Assembly (NCBI GenBank): GCA_965217585.1
Contig: OZ244561.1
Coordinates: 928,001 to 992,000, forward strand
Direction of reading: 5' to 3'
Length of the DNA stretch: 64,000 bases
Source: Candidatus Latescibacterota bacterium
Lineage (GTDB): Bacteria; Latescibacterota; UBA2968; UBA8231
The position numbers and the translations under genes were made by a program. Positions 10,158 to 19,318 of the stretch are shown here, piece after piece. How positions within the stretch are numbered: the stretch's first letter is position 1; each line of letters begins with the position of its first letter. The notes under the pieces are model-generated. The model saw nothing but the letters and a program-made list of their open reading frames with translations, had not been told where the DNA came from and did not search any database.

Positions 10158-11135
10158 ATGAAGCGCACTACTCGACCGAATTCGCTCCGCCCACTAAGGC
10201 GCTGGATCCCGCTGGTAGCTATTCTACTGGCAGCTATCCCCACCCAACTACACGCCGGCGCTTGGACGCAGTCCCCGGGCGGATTGTACTTCAAAATCGC
10301 CGGACTTTCCTTCCGCTCCCAAGAATATCTCGACATCGCTGGCGACCAGCAGGCCCGAGTGGCAAAACCCAGCATGGAGGAACTAAGCGATAGAAACATA
10401 TCGGCCTATATAGAATATGGTTTGCTGGAGCGCCTGACCTTGGTGGCCACCCTGCCCTATAAGCGCTTGGTGTACAAGAATACGGAGGTGAAGGTATTCC
10501 AAAGCGACGTTCTCGATACCACCATAACCCGCATACACCCCGACGAAATCCGCTCGGGTCTGGCCGATTTGGAACTGCGCCTGCGCTGGCGCTTGCTGCG
10601 CAATCCGGCGGTGGTCTCCCTAGCGCTGGGGGGCAAATTCCCCTTGGGCTACGACATAGATCAAGACAGCATTGGCTCCCTAGACTCGGGCGGGCTTGGC
10701 TTGGGGCCGAGTCCAGTGGATGGCGCAGGAGCCGACAGCAAGGTTCCCTTGGGCACGGGCGAGAAGGACATCGACATGCGCCTGCTGGTGGGCAAATCGC
10801 TGTACCCATTCCCAGGCTACCTGACGAGTACGGTCGGCTATCGCAAGCGGGGCGGGGCCTTCAGCGACGAATTCTTCTACGGCTTAGAGGCCGGTGTCAC
10901 CTATAAACGTCTGCTAGTCAAGGGCGTAGTCGAAGGGATGCGCACCATGGGTAACTGTGGCGCCATGGGACAAGGCGGTCTCGTCGGCGACCAAGATATC
11001 CTCAAGGTAGCCCCGGGGTTGATCTGGTCGCTCAGTAAGCACCTCGAAATCGGTGCCGATCTATTCCACATCGCGGCTGGCTGCAATACGGCAGCGGGCA
11101 CGACCTACGCCGTGGGGCTGGCTTTCAAGCGCTAG
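10158..11135 (+). CDS. Putative outer-membrane beta-barrel protein
   Basis: Signal peptide ending AGAWTQ, YIEYGLLERLT, GLADLELRLR, alternating beta-strand pattern, terminal GLAFKR. Confidence 0.65.
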   Translation: MKRTTRPNSLRPLRRWIPLVAILLAAIPTQLHAGAWTQSPGGLYFKIAGLSFRSQEYLDIAGDQQARVAKPSMEELSDRNISAYIEYGLLERLTLVATLPYKRLVYKNTEVKVFQSDVLDTTITRIHPDEIRSGLADLELRLRWRLLRNPAVVSLALGGKFPLGYDIDQDSIGSLDSGGLGLGPSPVDGAGADSKVPLGTGEKDIDMRLLVGKSLYPFPGYLTSTVGYRKRGGAFSDEFFYGLEAGVTYKRLLVKGVVEGMRTMGNCGAMGQGGLVGDQDILKVAPGLIWSLSKHLEIGADLFHIAAGCNTAAGTTYAVGLAFKR

Positions 11136-11201
11136 TAACAATCGCGGCTGCAGAGCAAATCCGTTATATTTTGCCTGTACAACCATTGCAAGGAGGCTAG
11201 G

Positions 11202-12194
11202 ATGTCGCGCAAAAAATGGGAGCTCCCCCAGCGTCAGGCCACCGACGAAGACGCCTATCTCAACCGCCGCAAGTTCATCCGGAGGGCCGGCTTGGGCACC
11301 ATTGGCCTGCTTGCGGGATGCATCCCAGAAAAACTCCTCAATCCAGCAACGCTCGTCGATCCAACAAAATACCTCGGTCCTACGATCATCGAGCCAATCC
11401 CGCCTTCAGAGTGGTATCCGGCTCCCACAAACGATGCTTGGTCCACGCTCGACCGGCCGCTCACCGACGAGGCGATAGCGGCTCTGTACAACAACTTCTA
11501 TGAATTCTCCACCGGCAAGGAGGTGTGGCGCTTCATAGACAATTTTGAGCCTGCCCCCTGGACTGTGGAAATAGGCGGCCTAGTGCAGCAGCCCAAGACC
11601 TACGATATCGACAACCTAATCGGCATCATGGATCTGGAAGAGCGTCTCTACCGCCACCGCTGCGTCGAGGCTTGGTCCATGGCCATACCGTGGACGGGCT
11701 TTCCCATGCGGGATCTCATCGACTTGGTTCAACCGCTATCATCGGCCCGCTACGTGCGCATGATCTCCTTCTTCAATCCCGAGGTAGCCCCAGGCCAATG
11801 GGATCGATCCGATTGGCCCTGGCCCTATACCGAGGGCCTGACCATGGCCGAAGCGACCAATGAGCTGACTTTGCTGGCAACGGGCGTCTATGGCCACGAA
11901 CTGCCCAAGCAACACGGTGCCCCCCTGCGCTTGGTGACGCCCTGGAAATACGGCTATAAGGGCCTCAAGTCGATCACCAAAATCGAATTCACCAGCGAAC
12001 AGCCAGCGACGTTTTGGAACACCCTAGTGCCACACGAGTACGGCTTTTTCTCCAACGTCGAACCCCAAGTCCCCCATCCCCGCTGGTCGCAAGCCTCCGA
12101 GCGCTTCATTTCCACCGATCTGAACGCGACCGAACGACGCGAGACCCTCCCCTACAACGGCTATGCAGAGTACGTCGCCCATTTGTACGAGTGA
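11202..12194 (+). CDS. msrP: Protein-methionine-sulfoxide reductase catalytic subunit MsrP (molybdopterin)
   Basis: Tat motif NRRKFI, YNNFYEF, RHRCVEAWSM, HGAPLRLVTPWKYGYK, HPRWSQASER, YNGY. Confidence 0.92.
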   Translation: MSRKKWELPQRQATDEDAYLNRRKFIRRAGLGTIGLLAGCIPEKLLNPATLVDPTKYLGPTIIEPIPPSEWYPAPTNDAWSTLDRPLTDEAIAALYNNFYEFSTGKEVWRFIDNFEPAPWTVEIGGLVQQPKTYDIDNLIGIMDLEERLYRHRCVEAWSMAIPWTGFPMRDLIDLVQPLSSARYVRMISFFNPEVAPGQWDRSDWPWPYTEGLTMAEATNELTLLATGVYGHELPKQHGAPLRLVTPWKYGYKGLKSITKIEFTSEQPATFWNTLVPHEYGFFSNVEPQVPHPRWSQASERFISTDLNATERRETLPYNGYAEYVAHLYE

Positions 12195-12213
12195 CCCTGC
12201 AAAGGAGACCCGT

Positions 12214-12858
12214 ATGCGCCAGCTCCTGTCGTCTGTCCTCTATCTTTGCCTGCTCGTCACGCCGCTTGCCGCCCAGCAAGAGGCCCTGTACGGCACCTGG
12301 GAGGGCACGATCGTCGATGAGCAAATCGGCGAGATTACCATTCGCCTGACCTTCGAGGCGGATGGAGCCTTTGAGATCAACCAAGTCATTCAGGTGAAGG
12401 ACGACTTCCTCGCCGCTGTCCAAGTCCCAGAACCACCCACCATGGAGACGATTGTCGCCCACGGCACCGGCACCTATGGAATCTTGGGCGACAATCTCGT
12501 GATTGATATAGCCGCATTAGACCTGTCCGTCGATGGTGAGGGCTTCGTCGAATTTTTCACCCAAGTGGCCCGCGACTTCGCCCGTTATGTAGCAGACTCA
12601 CACGAAATTCCCGCCGAGAACTACCCGGCCTTTGAAGAGGAATTTATCGACGCGTTTTTCGCTGAACTCGATAAGGTCGAGTTCCTCGCTATACTCAATG
12701 AGTGGGGGACTAGCACGTATGCCGTTGAGGGGGACACCCTGTTCCTCACTATCGCGCAGGAGACCGGGGTCACAATCTGGGAATTCCACCCTATTGATGC
12801 CTCCAGCACGGTCGCCGAAACTACCTGGGGCAGCTTGAAAGCAGCTTGGCGGCCGTAA
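12214..12858 (+). CDS. Exported hypothetical protein with C-terminal TWGxxK motif
   Basis: AAGGAG RBS, signal peptide, LYGTWEG start, ends ETTWGSLKAAWRP. Confidence 0.75.
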   Translation: MRQLLSSVLYLCLLVTPLAAQQEALYGTWEGTIVDEQIGEITIRLTFEADGAFEINQVIQVKDDFLAAVQVPEPPTMETIVAHGTGTYGILGDNLVIDIAALDLSVDGEGFVEFFTQVARDFARYVADSHEIPAENYPAFEEEFIDAFFAELDKVEFLAILNEWGTSTYAVEGDTLFLTIAQETGVTIWEFHPIDASSTVAETTWGSLKAAWRP

Positions 12859-12869
12859 ATTTTCTTGCA

Positions 12870-12924
12870 TGTTCAATTTCGACAGCACCGTGTATGCGCC
12901 AAGTGCAGGTCGGCTTGCGCTACG
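12870..12924 (+). repeat. Degenerate copy of the TonB receptor 3' end (9971-10042)
   Basis: TGTTCAAtTTCGACaGCACCGTG...GCGCCAAGTGCAggTCGGCTTGCGCTACG matches 9971-9993 and 10014-10042, with an internal deletion. Confidence 0.8.
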
Positions 12925-13101
12925 CGATACCTTGTCTGTCTCTCTAACGTGCATTACCCATGTATGGAACCGCTCAGCATCGCGTACGACGGCGAGGCCG
13001 AGCCAATAGCGATACAGTGGACGCCAGGTGAGGCACTGAAATAAGAAATAGATAGTTCGGCACGCTGCGGGTCCCACTCGGAACTCGGGCTTTGACTTTC
13101 T

Positions 13102-13125
13102 CGGCGGGGCTTCCCCGCCGTTTTT
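13102..13125 (+). terminator. Rho-independent terminator
   Basis: CGGCGGGG-CTT-CCCCGCCG stem followed by TTTTT. Confidence 0.7.
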
Positions 13126-13195
13126 ATATTTACTGCCCCAGTATTCTCCGGCTATCGCCGGAGGACACCAGCCCTCGCAGAAGAAGTAGGTACCG

Positions 13196-14431
13196 ATGGA
13201 ACGGCTAATCAGCCTATGCGGACTTTTGGTGATGATCGCCTTGGTCTTCGCCATGAGCGCCGACCGCCGCAAAGTAGATCGCCGCTTGGTAGCAGCCGGC
13301 GTGGGGTTGCAATTTCTCTTGGCCCTGCTCGTCCTTAAGACCGGGCCTGGACAGGCGCTTTTCGGTTATATCGGCGCTTTTTTTACCGCCTTGCTCAACT
13401 ATGTCGATGCCGGCTCCAGCTTTGTCTTTGGCGAGGCGTTCGGCGAGCATTTCTTCGCTTTTAAGGTCCTGCCGACCATTATCTTTTTTTCCGCCCTAAT
13501 GGGCGTGCTCTATCACCTAGGAGTGGTGCAGTACGTGGTGGCGGCCTTTGCCTGGGTCATGCAGCGCACCCTGCGCACCTCGGGCGCGGAAAGCCTAGCG
13601 GCGGCAGCCAATATCTTCGTCGGCCAGACCGAGGCCCCGCTGGTGGTGCGCCCGTACGTGGCCAGCATGACCCGCTCGGAGCTGATGGCCTTGATGGTGG
13701 GCGGCTTTGCCACCATTGCCGGAGGCGTCTTGGCCGCCTTCGTAGGCCTGGGAATCGACGCTGGTCACTTGGTGGGTGCCTCGGTGATTTCGGCCCCGGC
13801 GGCGCTGTTGGTGGCCAAGATCATGCAGCCAGAAGTGGAAACGTCCAAGACTTTGGGCAAGGTATCAATCGAGGTAGACCGCACAGCCACCAATGTGGTG
13901 GAGGCCGCGGCCAACAGCACCTTGGACGGCTTGCGGCTGGCCCTGAACGTGGCCGCCATGCTCATTGCAGCACTGGGGTTAATCGCCCTAGTGGATGGGG
14001 TGCTGGGCCTGTTGGGCCAAGGCGTGGGCTACGTCCTCGGTATGGAGGGTCTGGAGTGGTCTTTGTCCGCGGCGCTGGGTTATTTATTTGCGCCTTTTGC
14101 TTGGTTGATGGGCATTGAGGCCAAGGATTGTTTGCTAGCCGGCGAGTTGTTGGGCAAGAAAATGGTAGCCAACGAATTCGTCTCGTACGTCCAATTGAGC
14201 CAGTGGATCCAGCCCGACTCGGGCGTGGAACTGAGCCAGCGCTCGGTGGTTATTTTGACCTATGCCCTGTGTGGTTTTGCCAACTTCAGCAGCATTGGCA
14301 TCCAGATCGGCGGCATCGGCGGCATTGCCCCAGAGCGGCGGCGCGATTTAGCGCGGTTGGGTTTTCGCGCCATGCTGGGCGGCTCCCTAGCCTGCTTTAT
14401 GACGGCCTGCGTGGCCGGGATTCTCCTGTAA
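13196..14431 (+). CDS. nupC: NupC/CNT family nucleoside:cation symporter
   Basis: VLPTIIFFSAL, ANIFVGQTEAP, GGFATIAG, KMVANEFVSY, CGFANFSSIGIQIGG. Confidence 0.92.
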   Translation: MERLISLCGLLVMIALVFAMSADRRKVDRRLVAAGVGLQFLLALLVLKTGPGQALFGYIGAFFTALLNYVDAGSSFVFGEAFGEHFFAFKVLPTIIFFSALMGVLYHLGVVQYVVAAFAWVMQRTLRTSGAESLAAAANIFVGQTEAPLVVRPYVASMTRSELMALMVGGFATIAGGVLAAFVGLGIDAGHLVGASVISAPAALLVAKIMQPEVETSKTLGKVSIEVDRTATNVVEAAANSTLDGLRLALNVAAMLIAALGLIALVDGVLGLLGQGVGYVLGMEGLEWSLSAALGYLFAPFAWLMGIEAKDCLLAGELLGKKMVANEFVSYVQLSQWIQPDSGVELSQRSVVILTYALCGFANFSSIGIQIGGIGGIAPERRRDLARLGFRAMLGGSLACFMTACVAGILL

Positions 14432-14576
14432 GAGGCCCGCAGCTCTCGCGCAACGACCCCCAAAGAGTCGCCAACTCGACGATCACGCACCCAAGCGACT
14501 AAGCGATTGACACTGTTCAATTGCCCCTCGTGCTTTGATTCTGTAGCGCGAAGCCGCACAGTATTCGAGGGGGGAT

Positions 14577-16142
14577 ATGAACTCTGTAGCAAATGTTTTA
14601 CTAGCTCTGTGCCTGTTGTACCCTACCCTGACCTTGGGCGACGAACGCCCTGACCTGCAGCAGATAAAGGATGTAGTACAGCGCTTCTACGAGGCATGGA
14701 ACCAGCAGGACTTCGTCGCCGCCGAAGATCTGATCGGCGAGAGCGTCGTCGAGCTCGATATGCGCAGCCGCCAGGAGCCGCAGACCTGGATTTTGCGCAA
14801 GGTGCAGTCCCGCGAGGAGTTCCTCGACGGGATCGTCGGCGAGTGGACCGGCGGCGACGGTTGGGACTACGACCAAGAAATCCACCAGTACATCAAGCAG
14901 GCGGAGTTTTTCGACGTCTTCCTTTGGGGCAACCGGGCGATGGCCATCACTCAGGAGCATTTGGTAGGCGTGTCTGGTCCCGTAGGCGATGAGCAATACA
15001 GCGCGTGGTTGCTCGACCGGGGGGACGGCGACTGGGAGATCGCCGGCGTCCTCCACCAAGTACCTGCCGAGGAATACAAGACGGTCTCTGTCGAGCCGCG
15101 CGGCGAGCGGCTGCGCGTCCGCATCTTCGTCGATGGCGGCGACGAAGTATTCGCAGACGACGAGGGACTGTGGGTCGAGCACCGTTACGGTGCCCTGCCC
15201 GGGCGGCACGAGGACGGCGACGGCTTTTCGCCCGTCGAGGTCAATGGCGTGCGCTGGCAACCCGTCTGGCAGGGCGACAAAACCCGCAAGGTGTATTTTG
15301 CCGACAAGGTCGCATGGCCTTCCGCCGCGCAGTACCACCTAGTCAAACACGAGGCGCGCGACGTCGCGCAGTTGGAAAGGGAGCCCCAAGCACCCGGCGA
15401 CACCCTCAGCATCGTCTTCGCCGACCAAGATAGCGGTGCCGACTGGTACGATGTGGAAGTGCGCTGGGGAGACGAGACAGCCGGTCCCGGTGCAGGACTG
15501 CCCGAGCCAAGTCCGCCCGGCCGCGAGGACCTGCTCATCGAAGTCCTCTTCAACGGCGAGATCCGCGACACCAGCCCGCATCAGCGCTCGCTCAAAAACG
15601 TCAAAGTAGCATTCACCGAAGACCGCACCGGCGACAAAAATAGCGCCGGTTATTTCGACGGCGAGGCCGTCGTCGATATCGAAGGCTTTTTGCTAGATGG
15701 CCCCTTCAGCGTCTCAATCTGGGCCAAGTACGACGAGATCGAAACGCGCCCATACTGGTGGAACAATTGCATCTGGGCGCAGGACAACGGCGGTGGCGTG
15801 CGCGTCTTCCAGCTCAGCACCCTAGGACGGCGCGTCACCTGGCACCGGATGCGGGACGACGACGACGACCTCCATTCCAAGCTCCTTTTACGCAAGGGGC
15901 GCTGGTATCATTTCGCGGCCGTCTTCGACGGCGATTATCACCGGCTCTTCGTCAATGGCGCGTTGCAGGAGCAGAAGCAAAGCGCGGTCGAAACCTCGCC
16001 CGACCAGCCCATTTACATCGGTGCGAAAAACCTCGACCAGACGGGCTTCTTCTTCACCGGGGCCTTAGACGACGCGCGGCTCTACGGGCGCGTGCTGACA
16101 ACCGCGGAAATCCGCACCCTCTATCAGGGCTTGGCCGAATGA
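14577..16142 (+). CDS. Secreted multidomain protein (SnoaL/NTF2-like N-terminus, LamG/concanavalin-like C-terminus)
   Basis: Signal peptide; IKDVVQRFYEAWNQQD; GRWYHFAAVFDG...LFVNG...FTGALDDARLYGRVLT. Confidence 0.75.
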   Translation: MNSVANVLLALCLLYPTLTLGDERPDLQQIKDVVQRFYEAWNQQDFVAAEDLIGESVVELDMRSRQEPQTWILRKVQSREEFLDGIVGEWTGGDGWDYDQEIHQYIKQAEFFDVFLWGNRAMAITQEHLVGVSGPVGDEQYSAWLLDRGDGDWEIAGVLHQVPAEEYKTVSVEPRGERLRVRIFVDGGDEVFADDEGLWVEHRYGALPGRHEDGDGFSPVEVNGVRWQPVWQGDKTRKVYFADKVAWPSAAQYHLVKHEARDVAQLEREPQAPGDTLSIVFADQDSGADWYDVEVRWGDETAGPGAGLPEPSPPGREDLLIEVLFNGEIRDTSPHQRSLKNVKVAFTEDRTGDKNSAGYFDGEAVVDIEGFLLDGPFSVSIWAKYDEIETRPYWWNNCIWAQDNGGGVRVFQLSTLGRRVTWHRMRDDDDDLHSKLLLRKGRWYHFAAVFDGDYHRLFVNGALQEQKQSAVETSPDQPIYIGAKNLDQTGFFFTGALDDARLYGRVLTTAEIRTLYQGLAE

Positions 16143-18079
16143 CCTCTACAGTGAGAAAGACCCGATCCATGCCCAAGATCCGCTTGTTCGCCGGCGTGTT
16201 ACTCCTCCTTGTCGCCAGCGCGGCCCAGAGCGAGGAATGGCCCTATTACGCCGCCGACGCCAAAAGCAGCAAATACACACCCCTATCGCAGATTGACGGC
16301 ACCAACTTCGCCCAATTGCAGGAGGTTTGGCGCTACACGCCCCCCGACAAGGAAATAGCCGAGCGCGAGGATATGTGGACCGATACGAACAAGGGCACCC
16401 CCCTAATGGTCGATGGCGTGCTCTACTACGGGTCGCCTTTCAACATCCTCTGCGCGGTCGATCCCACAAATGGCCAAGAGCTGTGGACCTTTGATCCGAA
16501 AGTCTGGGAGAACTACGATGGTTTTGCGGGCATTTTGCGGGGCATCGCCTACTGGCAAAGCGGCGACAAGAAACGCATCTTCTACGGCACCTCCTCTGAT
16601 CGCCTCTACTCAATCGACATCGAGACCGGCCAGCCCGACCCAGAGTTCGGCGCGGGCGGCTTCGTCGATCTAAGCAAGGGGCTACGCCGCCGCATCGACC
16701 GCAGCCGCTACTGTATCACCTCACCACCGATCGTCTGCCGCGACGTGGTGGTGGTAGGTTCCGCCATCCTCGACTGGCACGACCGGCCTCCCGCCAAGTA
16801 CTCCACCCCCGGCGACGTGCGCGGCTTTGACGCCCACACCGGCGAACAGGTGTGGGTCTTCCAGACGGTGCCGCAGGAGGGCGAGTACGGCAACGACACC
16901 TGGGAAAACGACGCTTGGCAGACCTATGGCCAAGCCAATGTCTGGGCTGCAATGAGTGCCGACGACGAGCTGGGCTATGTGTATCTCCCCGTCAGCAGCA
17001 CCACCCACAATCACTACGGCGGCGAGCGGCCCGGTGCCAATCTCTTCAGCCAGACGCTGGTCTGCCTCAAGGCGGCAACCGGCGAGCGCGTCTGGCATTA
17101 CCAGCTCATCCACCACGGCCTGTGGAACTACGATCCGCCAGCACCGCCGGTCTTGGCCGATATCCAGGTAGAAGGCAAAGCGATCAAAGCTCTAGCCCTA
17201 GTGAGCAAACAGGCCTTCTGCTATGTATTAGACCGCACGACAGGTGAACCAGTCTGGCCGATCAACGAGCGCGAGGTGCCCAAGTCGAAAACCCCGGGCG
17301 AGCAAAGCTGGCCGACCCAGCCCTTTCCCAGCAAGCCCGCGCCCTACGACCGCCAGGGGCTGCAGGAAGACGACCTGATCGACTTTACGCCCGAGTTGCG
17401 AGAAAAGGCGCTGGCGATCCTCGAAAAATACGAGCACGGCCCGCTATTCACCCCACCCAACGAAAAGGGCACGCTGGTATTACCCGGGGGCTTGGGCGGT
17501 TCGGATTGGGGCGGCGCGGCGCTGGTGCCAAAAGAAAACGTGCTCTACGTGCCTTCGCGCACCGACCCCGACATTGTGCGGCTGGAAAAGGTGGAGGGTC
17601 TGCGGGCCTTTTCGGATTACGCCTTCTTCAAGGACGACACAGAATACGTCGATGGCCTACCGCTGACCAAGCCTCCCTACGGCCGGATCACCGCCATCGA
17701 CTTGGACACCGGCGAGCACATCTGGATGAGTCCGGTGGGCAAAGGCCCGGTCAACCACAAAGCCCTGCGCGACCTCGACCTGCCCGCTATGGGCTGGTTC
17801 CACTACAACTACATACTCGCCACCGAGACCGTGCTGGTAGTGGTCTCGCAACCGCCCGATTGGTGGGGAGACCTCAGCGACAATGCTTTTGTCGAACAAG
17901 GGCCTTATCTGCGCGCTTTCGACCTAGATACGGGCGCAGTGCTGGCCGAGATAGAATTCCCCGGCAACCCCAACGGCAGCCCCATCAGCTATATGGCCGA
18001 CGGGCGTCAGTATATCGTCTTTCCAATTAATAACGACGACTGGGTGCCGCAGCTTGTAGCGCTGGCGTTGCCGGAGTGA
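16139..18079 (+). CDS. PQQ-dependent dehydrogenase (glucose/quinate-type beta-propeller, periplasmic)
   Basis: EWPYY, TPLMVDGVLY, GDVRGFDAHTG, VWAAMSAD, WHYQLIHHGLWNYD, KPPYGRITAIDL, GRQYIV; ATG overlaps the upstream stop (alternative start 16169). Confidence 0.88.
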   Translation: MTSTVRKTRSMPKIRLFAGVLLLLVASAAQSEEWPYYAADAKSSKYTPLSQIDGTNFAQLQEVWRYTPPDKEIAEREDMWTDTNKGTPLMVDGVLYYGSPFNILCAVDPTNGQELWTFDPKVWENYDGFAGILRGIAYWQSGDKKRIFYGTSSDRLYSIDIETGQPDPEFGAGGFVDLSKGLRRRIDRSRYCITSPPIVCRDVVVVGSAILDWHDRPPAKYSTPGDVRGFDAHTGEQVWVFQTVPQEGEYGNDTWENDAWQTYGQANVWAAMSADDELGYVYLPVSSTTHNHYGGERPGANLFSQTLVCLKAATGERVWHYQLIHHGLWNYDPPAPPVLADIQVEGKAIKALALVSKQAFCYVLDRTTGEPVWPINEREVPKSKTPGEQSWPTQPFPSKPAPYDRQGLQEDDLIDFTPELREKALAILEKYEHGPLFTPPNEKGTLVLPGGLGGSDWGGAALVPKENVLYVPSRTDPDIVRLEKVEGLRAFSDYAFFKDDTEYVDGLPLTKPPYGRITAIDLDTGEHIWMSPVGKGPVNHKALRDLDLPAMGWFHYNYILATETVLVVVSQPPDWWGDLSDNAFVEQGPYLRAFDLDTGAVLAEIEFPGNPNGSPISYMADGRQYIVFPINNDDWVPQLVALALPE

Positions 18080-18097
18080 GGCAGGCGGCAGACTCAT

Positions 18098-19282
18098 TCA
18101 CCCTGCCCCTCTCGCCCCAGCGTCGAGGGCGCGCACTGCAGCAATGGCCTCGGCAATCCACCTGAGATTGCGCCGGGAAATCATACCGTAGTTGTAATAC
18201 GAGAACCGACGCGCCCCCGTTTCGTAAACCGCAGTGATGATATCTCGCATCTGTTCGGCGCTGTCTATGGGATTGTGGCCGTTCAGGCCGCAGATCAACA
18301 TGGACGGATCATCCATGTCGGCTAGGGTCTCCTGCGCCCTTTGGCCGGCCTCCTCTGGCGAGCCGCTGTAGCACAAGACATTGACCTGATCGACGATCTT
18401 TTCGATGGGTTTGCGGTCGATGCCGTTGTTGTAATAATTGCCCATGTATAAAAAGGAAACGGGCATTTTTACGGCCTCTTTCACCTCCGCGGCCAGCGAC
18501 GTCACAGTATCCGCGCGCGTCTTTACGTATTCGTGCACCAAAGGCTCGTCGGCGACAAATTCTTCCACGCTGCGCTCCGGCGGCCCCTCCTCGAAAATGT
18601 CCAAAAGCCATTTTTCCACCTTGCTCTTCAACTCCCCCACATCCATACCCCGACCCTCGGCCCGCTGCGTACACCCAGCGCAAAAACACAGCGACATCAA
18701 CAGCGAGCCTACCTCTCCCAAATCGACCCCCACCTTGGCGTGGTTGCGGAACATGCCAAAGCCCATGTAGTGGAGGGACTCGTACTCGATCATCTGCACA
18801 TCGCAGTTGGTGGCCAAGTCCAAGCTCAAGCCGCGTACGTACTCTCGCACCTCGGGATTGGCCGGGCACAGACAGCCCGGATAGCGGTCCCCGAACACAC
18901 CGAGCAGGGCGCAGTCTGGCTGCTGCCTCGCCATGTAGTGGTTGTGGAGCGGCACGGTCCACGAAATCAGTTCCAAACCGCGCACCCGGCAGGCCTCGGC
19001 GATGATCCGCACCGGATCCTGGTCCCTAGCTATGGGATGCACATGCGGCTTAATCTTGGTGCCCTGGTACAGCTCGCTCTGGGGCTGGAAGTAGATGGCG
19101 TCCTCGTACCCGGAAAAGAGCTTTTTGCCGGGTATATGGGTGCGCAGCGCATCGTAGGTGTGATAGACCGTGGACAGGCTGATCGCATCCAGCCCGACCT
19201 CTTCCTTGAGGAAGCCGATGACGCGGTCCACCCCCTCGTCGATCACATCCCAGGGATAGGTCCACATAGTCGTATGGATCAT
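18098..19282 (-). CDS. Glycoside-hydrolase-like TIM-barrel hypothetical protein
   Basis: MWTYPWD start, LCPANPEVREY, LCFCAGC, YYNYG; AGGAGA RBS. Confidence 0.6.
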   Translation of the reverse strand: MIHTTMWTYPWDVIDEGVDRVIGFLKEEVGLDAISLSTVYHTYDALRTHIPGKKLFSGYEDAIYFQPQSELYQGTKIKPHVHPIARDQDPVRIIAEACRVRGLELISWTVPLHNHYMARQQPDCALLGVFGDRYPGCLCPANPEVREYVRGLSLDLATNCDVQMIEYESLHYMGFGMFRNHAKVGVDLGEVGSLLMSLCFCAGCTQRAEGRGMDVGELKSKVEKWLLDIFEEGPPERSVEEFVADEPLVHEYVKTRADTVTSLAAEVKEAVKMPVSFLYMGNYYNNGIDRKPIEKIVDQVNVLCYSGSPEEAGQRAQETLADMDDPSMLICGLNGHNPIDSAEQMRDIITAVYETGARRFSYYNYGMISRRNLRWIAEAIAAVRALDAGARGAG

Positions 19283-19318
19283 GGTTATATCTCCTTTTTG
19301 CCGAATGGTTAGTAGTGT

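Noticed and set aside
9971-12924. DGR template/variable repeat pair
   Set aside because: Mismatches are not confined to adenines of one copy, there is an internal deletion, and no reverse transcriptase is in the window
12940-13195. Riboswitch upstream of nupC, or a 26-aa ORF at 12964-13044
   Set aside because: No recognisable aptamer consensus; the hairpin is explained as the upstream terminator; the small ORF lacks an RBS
12598-13272. 224-aa minus-strand ORF
   Set aside because: Overlaps two better-supported + strand genes and has no recognisable motifs
15758-16138. N-terminal extension of the PQQ dehydrogenase ORF
   Set aside because: Overlaps the upstream CDS; the signal peptide begins after 16139
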